Positions 51,820 to 64,000 of a DNA stretch of 64,000 nucleotides are shown here, one piece after another. The DNA is from Camelus dromedarius. Taxonomy: Eukaryota. The DNA lies in the NCBI RefSeq assembly GCF_036321535.1, contig NC_087436.1:3596001-3660000 (forward strand). The letters are read 5' to 3'. Position 1 is the stretch's first letter. Each line of letters begins with the position of its first letter. Position numbers and translations under genes: made by a program. The notes beneath the pieces are model-generated. The model was not told where the DNA came from. It saw only the letters and a program-made list of their open reading frames with translations, and made no database searches.

Positions 51820-54800
51820 CGTTCATCTATCACAAAGGGAACGGGTTGCAGAAGAAACTTTTTCTCTGGTTTCTCAGTCTGTTTCCTGTTGCCGGTTTGA
51901 AGTTCCTGCAGTTTTCACTGTAAAACCGAGTTGGAGCTAGTACCTCCCCATATATATGAAGGAAGTGGGGTTTGCAAGTGAAAAGAAACTTTGTGTTCCC
52001 AACAAGCTAGGTGAAGGACGGCTTTCACACACACTCATCTCTCAGAACTGAGCATGTGGAGAGACGTTCGTTCATCTAGCACAATTTGAACAAGTTGCAG
52101 TAGAAACTTTTACTCTGGTTTCTCAGTCTGTTTCCTAGTGCCGGTTTGAAGTTCCTGCAGTTTTCACTGTAAAACCGAGTTGGAGCTAGTACCTACCCAT
52201 ATATATGTATGGAGTGGAGTTTGCAACTGAAAAGAAACTTTGTTTTCCCAACAAGCTAGGTGAAGGACGGCTTTCACACACACTTATCTCTCAGAACTGA
52301 GCATGTGCAGAGACGTTCGTTCATCTAGCACAAATGGAACGGGTTGCAGGAGAAATTTTACTCTGGTTTCTCAGTCTGTTTCCTACTGCCGGTTTGAAGT
52401 TCCTGCAGTTATCACTGTAAAACCGAGATGGAGCTAGTACCTCCCCATAATTATGTATGGATTGGAGTTTGCAAATGAAAAGAAACTTTGTGTTCCCAAC
52501 AAGCTAGGTGAAGGACGGCTTTCACACACACATCTCTCAGAACTGAGCATGTGAAAAGACGTTCGTTCATCTAGCACAAAGGGAACGGGTTGCAGGAGAA
52601 ACTTTTACTCTGGTTTTTCAGTATATTTCCTAGTGCCTGTTTGAAGTTCCTGCAGTTTTCACTGTAAAACCGAGTTGGAGCTAGTACCACCCCATATATA
52701 TGTATGGAGTGGATTTTGCCACTGAAAAGAAACTTTGTGTTCCCAAAAATCTAGGTGAATTATGGCTTTCACACACACTTACCTCTCAGAACTGAGCATG
52801 TGGAGAGACGTTCGTTCATCTAGCACAAAGGGAACGGGTTGCAGGAGGAACTTTTACTCTGTTTTCTCAGCTTGTTTCTTAGTGCCAGTTGGAAGTTCCT
52901 GCAGTTTTCACTGTAAAACCGAGTTGGAGCTAGTACCTCCCCATATATATGTATGGAGTGGAGTTTGCAACTGAAAAGAAACTATGTGTTCCCAACAAGC
53001 TAAGTGAAGGACGGCTTTCACACAAACTTATCACTCAGAACTGAGCATGGGGAGAGACGTTCGTTCATCTAGCACAAAGGGAACGGGTTGCAGGAGAAAC
53101 ATTTATTCTGGTTTCTAAGTCTGTTTCCTAGTGCCTGTTTGAAATTCCTGCAGTTTTCACTGTAAAACCGAGTGGAGCTACAACCTCCCCATACATATGT
53201 ATGGAGTGGAGTTTGCAACTGAAAAGAAACTTTGTGTTCCCAACAAGCTAGTTGAAGGACGGCTTTCACACACACTTATCTCTCAGAACTGAGCATGTGG
53301 AGAGACTTTCGTTCATCTAGCACAAAGGGAACGGGTTGCAGGAGAAACTTTTACTCTGGTTTCTCAGTCTGTTTCCTAATACCGGTTTGAAGTTCCTGCA
53401 GTTTTCACTGTAAAACCGAGTTGGAGCTTGTACCTCCCCATATATATGTATGGAGTGGAGTTTGCAACTGAAAAGAAACTTTGTGATCCCAACAAGCTAG
53501 GTGAAGGACGGCTTTCACACACAATTATCTCTTAGAAATGAGCATGTGGAGAGACTTTCGTTCATCTAGCACAAAGGGATCGGGTTGCAGGAGGAACTTT
53601 TTCTCTGGATTTTCAGTCTGTTTCCTAGTGCCGTTTTGAAGTTCCTGCAGTTTTCACTGTAAAACCAAGTTGTAGCTAGTACCTACCGATATATATGTAT
53701 GGAGTGGAATTTGCAACTGAAAAGAAACTTTGTGTTCCCAACAAGCAAAGTAAAGGACGGCTTTCACACACACTTGTCTCTCAGAACTGAGCATGTGGAG
53801 AGACGTTCGTTCATCTAGCACAAAGGGAACGGGTTGCAGGAGAAACTTTTACTCTGGATTCTCAGTCTGTTTCCTAGTGCCGGTTTGAAGTTCCTGCAGT
53901 TTTCACTGTGAAACCGATTTGGAGCTAGTACCTCCCAATATATATGTATGGATTGGAGTTTGCAACTGGAAAGGAACTTTGTGTGCCCAACAAGCTTGGT
54001 GAAGGACGGCTGTCACACACAATTATCTCTCAGAACTGAACATGTTGAGAGACGTTCATTCATCTAGCACAAAGGGAACGGGTTGCAGTTGAAATTTTAC
54101 TATGTTTTCTCACTCTGATTCCTACTGCCGGTTTGAAGTTCCTGTAGTTTTCACTGTAAAACCGAGTTGGAGCTAGTACCTCGCCATATATATGTATGGA
54201 GTGGAGTTTGCAACTGAAAAGAAACTTTGTTTTCCCAACAAGCTAGGTGAAGGACGGCTATCACACACACTTATCTCTCAGAACTGAGCATGTGCAGAGA
54301 CGTTCGTTCATCTAGCACAAATGGAACGGGTTGCAGGAGAAACTTTACTCTGGTTTCTCACTCTGTTTCCTACTGCCGGTTTGAAGTTCCTGTAGTTTTC
54401 ACTGTAAAACCGAGTTGGAGTTAGTACCTCCCCATATATATGTATGGAGAGGAGTTTGCAAGTGAAAAGAAACTATGTGTTCCCAAAAATCTAGGTGAAG
54501 GACGGCTGTCACACAAACTTATCCCTCAGAACTAAGCATGTGGAGAGACGTTCATTCATCTAGCACAATGGGAACGGGTTGCAGGAGAATCTTTTACTCT
54601 GTTTTCTCAGTCTGTGTCCTAGTGCCTGTTTGAAGTTCCTGCAGTTTTCACTGTAAAACCGAGTTGGAGCTAGTACCTCCCCATGTATATGTATGGAGTG
54701 GAGTTTGCAACTGAAAAGAAACTTTGTGTTCCCAACAAGCTAGGTGAAGGACGGCTTTCACACACACTTATCTCTCAGAACTGAGCATGTGGAGAGACGT

Positions 54801-57650
54801 ACGTTCATCTAGCAAAAATGGAGCGGGTTGCAGGAGAAACTTTTACTCTGGATTCTCAGTCTGTTTCCTAGTGCCGGTTTGAAGTTCCTGCAGTTTTCAC
54901 TGTAAAACCGAGTTGGAGCTTGTACTTCCCCATATATATGTATGGAGTGGAGTTTGCAACTGAAAAGAAACTTTGTGATCCCAACAAGCTAGGTGAAGGA
55001 CGGCTTTCACACACACTTATCTCTCAGAACTGAGCATGTGGAGAGACGTTCGTTAATTTAGCACAAAAAGAACGGGTTGCAGGAGAAACTTTTTCTCTGG
55101 TTTCTCAGTCTGTTTCCTGTTGCCGGTTTGAAGTTCCTGCAGTTTTCACTGTAAAACCGAGTTGGAGCTAGTACCTCCCCATATATATGAAGGAAGTGGA
55201 GTTTGCAAGTGAAAAGAAACTTTGTGTTCCCAACAAGCTAGGTGAAGGACGGCTTTCACACACACTTATCTCTCAGAACTGAGCATGTGGAGAGACTTTC
55301 GTTCATCTATCACAAAGGGAACGGGTTGCAGAAGAAACTTTTTCTCTGGTTTCTCAGTCTGTTTCCTGTTGCCGGTTTGAAGTTCCTGCAGTTTTCACTG
55401 TAAAACCGAGTTGGAGCTAGTACCTCCCCATATATATGAAGGAAGTGGGGTTTGCAAGTGAAAAGAAACTTTGTGTTCCCAACAAGCTAGGTGAAGGACG
55501 GCTTTCATACACACTCATCTCTCAGAACTGAGCATGTGGAGAGACGTTCGTTCATCTAGCACAATGGGAACAAGTTGCAGTAGAAACTTTTACTCTGGTT
55601 TCTGAGTCTGTTTCCTAGTGCCGGTTTGAAGTTCCTGCAGTTTTCACTGTAAAACCGAGTTGGAGCTTGTTCCTCCCCATATATATGTATGGAGTGGAGT
55701 TTGCAACTGAAAAGAAACTTTGTTTTCCCAACAAGCTAGGTGAAGGACGGCTTTCACACACACTTATCTCTCAGAACTGAGCATGTGCAGATACGTTCGT
55801 TCATCTAGCACAAATGGAACGGGTTGCAGGAGAAACTTTACTCTGGTTTCTCAGTCTGTTTCCTACTGCCGGTTTGAAGTTCCTGCAGTTATCACTGTAA
55901 AACCGAGATGGAGCTAGTACCTCCCCATAATTATGTATGGATTGGAGTTTGCAAATGAAAAGAAACTTTGTGTTCCCAACAAGCTAGGTGAAGGACGGCT
56001 TTCACACACACATCTCTCAGAACTGAGCATGTGAATAGACGTTCGTTCATCTAGCACAAATGGAACGGGTTGCAGGAGAAACTTTTACTCTGGTTTTTCA
56101 GTATATTTCCTAGTGCCTGTTTGAAGTTCCTGCAGTTTTCACTGTAAAACCGAGTTGGAGCTAGTACCATCCCATATATATGTATGGAGTGGATTTTGCC
56201 ACTGAAAAGAAACTTTGTGTTCCCAAAAATCTAGGTGAATTATGGCTTTCACACACACTTATCTCTCAGAACTGAGCATGTGAAGAGACGTTCGTTCATC
56301 TAGCACAAAGGGAACGGGTTGCAGGAGGAACTTTTACTCTGTTTTCTCAGCTTGTTTCTTAGTGCCAGTTGGAAGTTCCTGCAGTTTTCACTGTAAAACC
56401 GAGTTGGAGCTTGTACCTCCCCTTATATATGTATGGAGTGGAGTTTGCAACTGAAAAGAAACTATGTGTTCCCAACAAGCTAAGTGAAGGACGGCTTTCA
56501 CACAAACTTATCACTCAGAACTGAGCATGTGGAGAGACGTTCGTTCATCTAGCACAAAGGGAACGGGTTGCAGGAGAAACATTTATTCTGGTTTCTAAGT
56601 CTGTTTCCTAGTGCCTGTTTGAAATTCCTGCAGTTTTCACTGTAAAACTGAGTGGAGCTACTACCTCCCCATATATATGTATGGAGTGGAGTTTGCAACT
56701 GAAAAGAAACTTTGTGTTCCCAACAAGCTAGTTGAAGGACGGCTTTCACACACACTTGTCTCTCAGAACTGAGCATGTGGAGAGACGTTCGTTCATCTAG
56801 CACAAAGGGAACGGGTTGCAGGAGAAACTTTTACTCTGGATTCTCAGTCTGTTTCCTAGTGCCTGTTTGAAGTTCCTGCAGTTTTCACTGTAAAACCGAG
56901 TTGGAGCTTGTACCTCCCCATATATATGTATGGAGTGGAGTTTGAAATTGAAAAGAAACTTTGTGATCCCAACAAGCTAGGTGAAGGACGGCTTTCACAC
57001 ACAATTATCTCTTAGAAATAATAATGTGGAGAGACTTTCGTTCATCTAGCACAAAGGGATCGGGTTGCAGGAGGAACTTTTTCTCTGGATTTTCAGTCTG
57101 TTTCCTAGTGCCGTTTTGAAGTTCCTGCAGTTTTCACTGTAAAACCAGGTTGTAGCTAGTACCTACCCATATATATGTATGGAGTGGAATTTGCAACTGA
57201 AAAGAAACTTTGTGTTCCCAACAAGCAAAGTAAAGGACGGCTTTCACACACACTTGTCTCTCAGAACTGAGCATGTGGAGAGACGTTCGTTCATCTAGCA
57301 CAAAGGGAACGGGTTGCAGGTGAAACTTTTACTCTGGATTCTCAGTCTGTTTCCTAGTGCCGGTTGGAAGTTCCTGCAGTTTTCACTGTGAAACCGATTT
57401 GGAGCTAGTACCTCCCCATGTATATGTATGGAGTGGAGTTTGCAACTGAAAAGAAACTTTGTGTTCCCAACAAGCTAGGTGAAGGACGGCTTTCACACAC
57501 ACTTATCTCTCAGAACTGAGCATGTGGAGAGACGTACGTTCATCTAGCAGAAATGGAGCGGGTTGAAGGAGAAACTTTTACTCTGGATTCTCAGTCTGTT
57601 TCCTAGTGCCGGTTTGAAGTTCCTGCAGTTTTCACTGTAAAACCGAGTTG
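51820..57650. repeat. Block duplication at a 14-monomer offset (3480 bp): ~51820-53935 vs ~55300-57415
   Basis: ATCACTGTAAAACCGAGATG at 52411/55891, CTAGGTGAATTATGGC at 52751/56231, AAACCGATTT at 53911/57391. Confidence 0.9.
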
Positions 57651-59439
57651 GAGCTACTACCTCCCCATATAAAAGTAAGGAGTGGATTTTGCCACTGAAA
57701 AGAAACTTTGTGTTCCCAAAAAGCTAGGTGAAGTACGGCTTTCACAAACAGTTATCTCTCAGAACTGAGCATGTGGAGAGACTTTCGTTCATCTAGCACA
57801 AAGGGATCGGGTTGCAGGAGGAACTTTTTCTCTGGATTTTCAGTCTGTTTCCTAGTGCCGTTTTGAAGTTCCTGCAGTTTTCACTGTAAAACCAAGTTGT
57901 AGCTAGTACATACCCATATATATGTATGGAGTGGAATTTGCAACTGAAAAAAAACTTTGTGTTCCCAACAAGCAAAGTAAAGGACGGCTTTCACACACAC
58001 TTGTCTCTCAGAACTGAGCATGTGGAGAGACGTTCGTTCATCTAGCACAAAGGGAACGGGTTGCAGGAGAAACTATTACTCTGGTTTCTCAGTCTGTTTC
58101 CTAGTGCCGGTTTGAAGTTCCTGCAGTTTTCACTGTAAAACCGAGTTGGAGCTAGTACCTACCCATATATATGTATGGAGTGGATTTGGCAACTGAAAAG
58201 AAACTTTGTGTTCCCAACAAGCTACGTGAAGAATGGCTTTCACACACACTTATCTCTCAGAACTAAGCATGTGGAGAGACGTTCGTTCATCTAGCACAAA
58301 GGGAAAGGGTTGCAGGAGAAATTTTTACTCTGGTTTCTCGGTTTGTTTCCTACTGCCGGTTTGAAGTTCCTGAAGTTTTCACTGTAAAACTGAGTTGGAC
58401 CTTGTACCTCCCCATATATATGTATGGAGTGGAATTTGCAAGTGAAAAGAAACTTTGTGTTCCCAACATGTTAGGTGAAGGACGGCTTTCACACACACTT
58501 ATCTCTCAGAACTGAGCATGTGGAGAGACGTTCGTTCATCTAGCACAAAGGGAACGGGTTGCAGGAGAAACTTTTACTCTGGTTTCTCAGTCTGTTTCCT
58601 GTTGCCGGTTTGATGCTCCTGCAGTTTTCACTGTAAACCGAGTTGGAGCTAGTACTTCCCCATATATGTGTATGGTTTTGAGTTTGCAACTGAAAAGAAA
58701 CTTTGTGTTCCCAACAAGCTAGGTGAAGGAAGGCTTCACACACAATTATCTCTCAGAACTTAGCATGTGGAGAGACGTTCGTTCATCTTCCTCAAAATGA
58801 ACTGGATGCAGGTGAAACTTTTTCTCTGGTTTCTCAATCTGTTTCCTAGTGCCGGTTTGAAGTTCCTGCAGTTTTCACTGTAAAACCGAGTTGGAGCTAG
58901 TACTTCCCCTTATATATTTATGGAGTATAGTTTGCAAATGAAAAGAAACTTTGTGTTCCCAACAAGCTAGGTGAAGGACGGCTTTCAAACACACTTATCT
59001 CTCAGAACTGAGCATGTGGAGAGACGTTCGTTCATCTAGCACAATGGGAACGGTTTGCAGGAGAAAATTTTACTCTGGTTTCTCAGTCTGTTTCCTACTA
59101 CTTGTTTGAAGTCCCTGCAGTTTTCACTGTAAAACCGAGTTGGAGCTAGTACCACCCCATATATATGTATGGAGTGGATTTTGCCACTGAAAAGAAACTT
59201 TGTGTTCCCATAAATCTAGGTGAATTATGGCTTTCACACACACTTATCTCTCAGAACTGAGCATGTGGAGAGACGTTCGTTCATCTAGCACAAAGGGAAC
59301 GGGTTGCAGGAGGAACTTTTACTCTGTTTTCTCAGCATGTTACTTAGTGCCAGTTGGAAGTTCCTGCAGTTTTCACTGTAAAACCGAGTTGGAGCTAGTA
59401 CCTCCCCATATATAATTATGGAGTGGAGTTTGCAACTGG

Positions 59440-62400
59440 AAAGAAACTTTCTCTTCCCAACAAGCTAGTTGAAGTACGGCTTTCACACACACTTATCTCT
59501 CAGAACTTAACATGTTGACAGAATTCGTTCATCTATCACAAAGGGAACGGGTTGCAGGAGAAACAATTGCTCTGGTTTCTCAGTCTGTTTCCTACTGCTG
59601 GTTTCAAGTTCCTGCAGTTTTCACTGTAAAACCGTTTTGGAGCTAGTACCTCCCCATATATATGTATGGATTGGAGTTTGCAACTGGAAAGAATCTTTGT
59701 GTTCCCAACAAGCTAGGTGAAGGACGGCTTTCACACACACTTATCTCTCAGAACTGAGCATGTGGAGAGACTTTCGTTCATCTAGCAATAATGGAACGAT
59801 TTGCAGGAGAAACTTTTACTCTGGTTTCTCAGTCTGTTTCCTAGTGCCGGTTTGAAGTTCCTGCAGTTTTCACTGTAAAACCGAGTTGGAGCTAGTACAT
59901 CCCCATATATAAGTAAGGAGTGGAGTTTGCCACTGAAAAGAAACTCTGTGTTCCCAAAAAGCTAGTGAAGTACGGCTTTCACACACACGTATCTCTCAGA
60001 ACTCAGCATGTGGAGAGATGTTCGTTCATCTAGCACAAAGGGAACGGGATGCAGGAGAAACTTTTACTCAGGTTTCTCAGTCTGTTTCCTAGTGCCGTTT
60101 TGAAGTTCCTGCAGTTTTCACTGTAAAGCCGAGTTGGAGCTAGTACCTCCCCATATATATGTATGGAGTGGAGTTTGCAAGTGAAAAGAAACTTTGTGTT
60201 CCCAACAAGCTAGGTGAAGGACGGCTTTCACACACACTTATCTCTCAGAACTGAGCATGTGGAGAGACGTTCGTTAATTTAGCAAAAAAGTAACGGGTTG
60301 CAGGAGAAACTTTTTCTCTGGTTTCTCAGTCTGTTTCCTGTTGCCGGTTTGAAGTTCCTGCAGTTTTCACTGTAAAACCGAGTTGGAACTAGTACCTCCC
60401 CATATATATGAAGGAAGTGGAGTTTGCAAGTGAAAAGAAACTTTGTGTTCCCAACAAGCTAGGTGAAGGACGGCTTTCACACACACTTATCTCTCAGAAA
60501 TGAGCATGTGGAGAGACTTTCGTTCATCTATCACAAAGGGAACGGGTTGCAGGAGAAACTTTTTCTCTGGTTTCTCAGTCTGTTTCCTGTTGCCGGTTTG
60601 AAGTTCCTGCAATTTGCACTGTAATACCGAGTTGGAGCTAGTACCTCCCCATATATATGAAGGAAGTGAGGTTTGCAAGTGAAAAGAAACTTTGTGTTCC
60701 CTACAAGCTAGGTGAAGGACGGCTTTCACACACAATAATCTCTCAGAACTGAGCATGTGGAGAGACGTTAGTTCATCTAGCACAATGGGAACAAGTTGCA
60801 GGAGAAACTTTTACTCTGGTTTCTCAGTCTGTTTCCTAGTGCCGGTTTGAAGTTCCTGCAGTTTTCACTGTAAAACCGAGATGGAGCTAGTACCTCCCCA
60901 TAATTATGTATGGATTGGAGTTTGCAAATGAAAAGAAACTTTGTGTTCCCAACAAGCTAGGTGAAGGACGGCTTTCACACAAACATCTCTCAGAACTGAG
61001 CATGTGAAAAGACGTTCGTTCATCTAGCACAAAGGGAACGGGTTGCAGGAGAAACTTTACTCTGGTTTCTCAGTCTATTTCCTAGTGCCTGTTTGAAGTT
61101 CCTGCAGTTTTCACTGTAAAACCGAGTTGGAGCTAGTACCACCCCATATATATGTATGGAGTGGATTTTGCCACTGAAAAGAAACTTTGTGTTCCCATAA
61201 ATCTAGGTGAATTATGGCTTTCACACACACTTATCTCTCAGAACTGAGCATGTGGAGAGACGTTCGTTCATCTAGCACAAAGGGAACGGGTTGCAGGAGG
61301 AAGTTTTACTCTGTTTTCTCAGCATGTTTCTTAGTGCCAGTTGGAAGTTCCTGCAGTTTTCACTGTAAAACCGAGTTGGAGCTAGTACTTCCCCATATAT
61401 GTGTATGGTTTTGAGTTTGCAACTGAAAAGAAACTTTGTGTTCCCAACAAGCTAGGTGAAGGACGGCTTCACACACAATTATCTCTCAGAACTTAGCATG
61501 TGGAGAGACGTTCGTTCATCTTGCTCAAAATGAACTGGATGCAGGTGAAACTTTTTCTCTGGTTTCTCAATCTGTTTCCTAGTGCCGGTTTGAAGTTCCT
61601 GCAGTTTTCACTGTAAAACCGAGTTGGAGCTAGTACTTCCCCTTATATATTTATGGAGTATAGTTTGCAACTGGAAAGAAACATTCTCTTCCCAACAAGC
61701 TAGTTGAAGTACGGCTTTCACACACATTTATATCTCAGAACTTAACATGTTGACAGAATTCGTTCATCTATCACAAAGGGAACGGGTTGCAGGAGAAACA
61801 ATTACACTGCTTTCTCAGTCTGTTTCCTACTGCCGGTTTGAAGTTCCTGCAGTTTTCACTGTAAAACCTTGTTGGAGCTAGTACCTCCCCATATATATGT
61901 ATGGATTGGAGTTTGCAACTGGAAAGAATCTTTGTGTTCCCAAAAAGCTAGGTGAAGCGGCTGTCACACACAATTATCTCTCAGAACTGAGCATGTGGAG
62001 AGACGTTCATTCATCTAGCACAAAGGGAACGGGTTGCAGGAGAAACTTTTGCTCTGGTTTCTCAGTCTGTTTCCTAATGCCGGTTTGAAGTTCCTGCAGT
62101 TTTCACTGTAAAACCGAGTTGGAGCTAATACATCCCCATATATATGTATGGAGTGGAGTTTGCAACTGAAAAGAAACTTTGTGTTCCCAACAAGCTAGGT
62201 GAAGGACGGCTTTCACACACACTTATCTCTCAGAACTGAGCATGTGGAGAGACGTTCGTTCATCTAGCAATAATGGAACGCATTGCAGGAGAAACTTTTA
62301 CTCTGGTTTCTCAGTCTGCTTCCTAGTGCCGGTTTGAAGTTCCTGCAGTTTTCACTGTAAAACCGAGTTGGAGCTAGTACATCCCCATATATAAGTAAGG

Positions 62401-63860
62401 AGTGGAGTTTGCCACTGAAAAGAAACTCTGTGTTCCCAAAAAGCTAGTGAAGTACGGCTTTCACACACACGTATCTCTCAGAACTCAGCATGTGGAGAGA
62501 TGTTCGTTCATCTAGCACAAAGGGAACGGGATGCAGGAGAAACTTTTACTCTGGTTTCTCAGTCTGTTTCCTAGTGCCGTTTTGAAGTTCCTGCAGTTTT
62601 CACTGTAAAGCCGAGTTGGAGCTAGTACCTCCCCATATATATGTATGGAGTGGAGTTTGCAAGTGAAAAGAAACTTTGTGTTCCCAACAAGCTAGGTGAA
62701 GGACGGCTTTCACACACACTTTTCTCTCAGAACTGAGCATGTGGAGAGACGTTCGTTAATTTAGCACAAAAGGAACGGGTTGCAGGAGAAACTTTTTCTC
62801 TGGTTTCTCAGTCTGTTTCCTGTTGCCGGTTTGAAGTTCCTGCAGTTTTCACTGTAAAACCGAGTTGGAACTTGTACCTCCCCATATATATGAAGGAAGT
62901 GGAGTTTGCAAGTGAAAAGAAACTTTGTGTTCCCAACAAGCTATGTGAAGGACGGCTTTCACACACACTTACTCTCAGAAATGAGCATGTGGAGAGACTT
63001 TCGTTCATCTATCACAAAGGGAACGGGTTGCAGGAGAAACTTTTTCTCTGGTTTCTCAGTCTGTTTCCTGTTGCCGGTTTGAAGTTCCTGCAATTTTCAC
63101 TGTAATACCGAGTTGGAGCTAGTACCTCCCCATATATATGAAGGAAGTGGGGTTTGCAAGTGAAAAGAAACTTTGTGTTCCCAACAAGCTAGGTGAAGGA
63201 CGGCTTTCACACACACTAATCTCTCAAAACTGAGCATGTGGAGAGACGTTAGTTCATCTAGCACAATGGGAACAAGTTGCAGGAGAAACTTTTACTCTGG
63301 TTTCTCAGTCTGTTTCCTAGTGCCGGTTTGAAGTTCCTGCAGTTTTCACTGTAAAACCGAGATGGAGCTAGTACCTCCCCATAATTATGTATGGATTGGA
63401 GTTTGCAAATGAAATGAAACTTTGTGTTCCCAACAAGCTAGGTGAAGGACGGCTTTCACACACACATCTCTCAGAACTGAGCATGTGAAAAGACGTTCGT
63501 TCATCTAGCACAAAGGGAACGGGTTGCAGGAGAAACTTTACTCTGGTTTCTCAGTCTATTTCTTAGTGCCTGTTTGAAGTTCCTGCAGTTTTCACTGTAA
63601 AACCGAGTTAGAGCTAGTACCACCCCATATATATGTATGGAGTGGATTTTGCCACTGAAAAGAAACTTTGTGTTCCCATAAATCTAGGTGAATTATGGCT
63701 TTCACACACACTTATCTCTCAGAACTGAGCATGTGGAGAGACGTTCATTCATCTAGCACATAGGGAACGGGTTGCAGGAGGAAGTTTTACTCTGTTTTCT
63801 CAGCATGTTTCTTAGTGCCAGTTGGAAGTTCCTGCAGTTTTCACTGTAAAACCGAGTTGG
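59440..63860. repeat. Tandem 9/10-monomer duplication (offset ~2482 bp)
   Basis: TCTAGCAATAATGGAACG at 59781/62263, CTGTAAAGCCGAG at 60121/62603, AATTATGGCT at ~61210/63691. Confidence 0.88.
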
Positions 63861-64000
63861 AGCTAGTACCTCCCCATATATATGTATGGAGTGGAGTTTG
63901 CAACTGAAAAGAAACTTTGTGTTCCCAACAAGCTAGGTGAAGAACGGCTTTCACACACACTTTTCTCTCAGAACTGAGCATGTGGATAGACGTTCGTTCA

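Larger units (their letters stand above)
1..64000. repeat. Tandem satellite DNA array, ~249-bp monomer, ~257 head-to-tail copies, likely centromeric or pericentromeric
   Basis: GTTTTCACTGTAAAA occurs at 1 and 250 and recurs every ~247-249 bp to the window end. All monomers lie on one strand, differ only by point changes and 1-2 bp indels, and no unique sequence interrupts them. Confidence 0.98.

Noticed and set aside
28..63105. All ORFs in the track (60-128 aa, both strands, recurring similar peptides)
   Set aside because: They are translations of the same monomer in several frames, opened and closed by random substitutions and 1-bp indels. No frame is conserved and I recognise no domain.
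1..64000. CRISPR-like or repeat-spacer array
   Set aside because: There are no unique spacers, since the entire 249 bp is repeated, and no cas genes.

Overview
The whole 64 kb window is one uninterrupted head-to-tail tandem satellite array of a ~249-bp monomer (about 257 copies, all in the same orientation). By-eye consensus: GTTTTCACTGTAAAACCGAGTTGGAGCTAGTACCTCCCCATATATATGTATGGAGTGGAGTTTGCAACTGAAAAGAAACTTTGTGTTCCCAACAAGCTAGGTGAAGGACGGCTTTCACACACACTTATCTCTCAGAACTGAGCATGTGGAGAGACGTTCGTTCATCTAGCACAAAGGGAACGGGTTGCAGGAGAAACTTTTACTCTGGTTTCTCAGTCTGTTTCCTAGTGCCGGTTTGAAGTTCCTGCA. I saw no genes, RNA genes, transposons, inversions or CRISPR spacers, and every ORF in the track is a chance reading of the repeat. 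The architecture is typical of eukaryotic centromeric or pericentromeric satellite DNA, but I cannot name the family or organism. The interesting content is evolutionary and structural: spatially segregated monomer subfamilies, many local higher-order duplications (1- to 16-mers), chimeric monomers and a probable gene-conversion tract. The monomer carries several dyad symmetries, lacks a canonical CENP-B box and may derive from an ancient ~125-bp dimer. All offsets were read by eye from diagnostic variants, so block boundaries are approximate.
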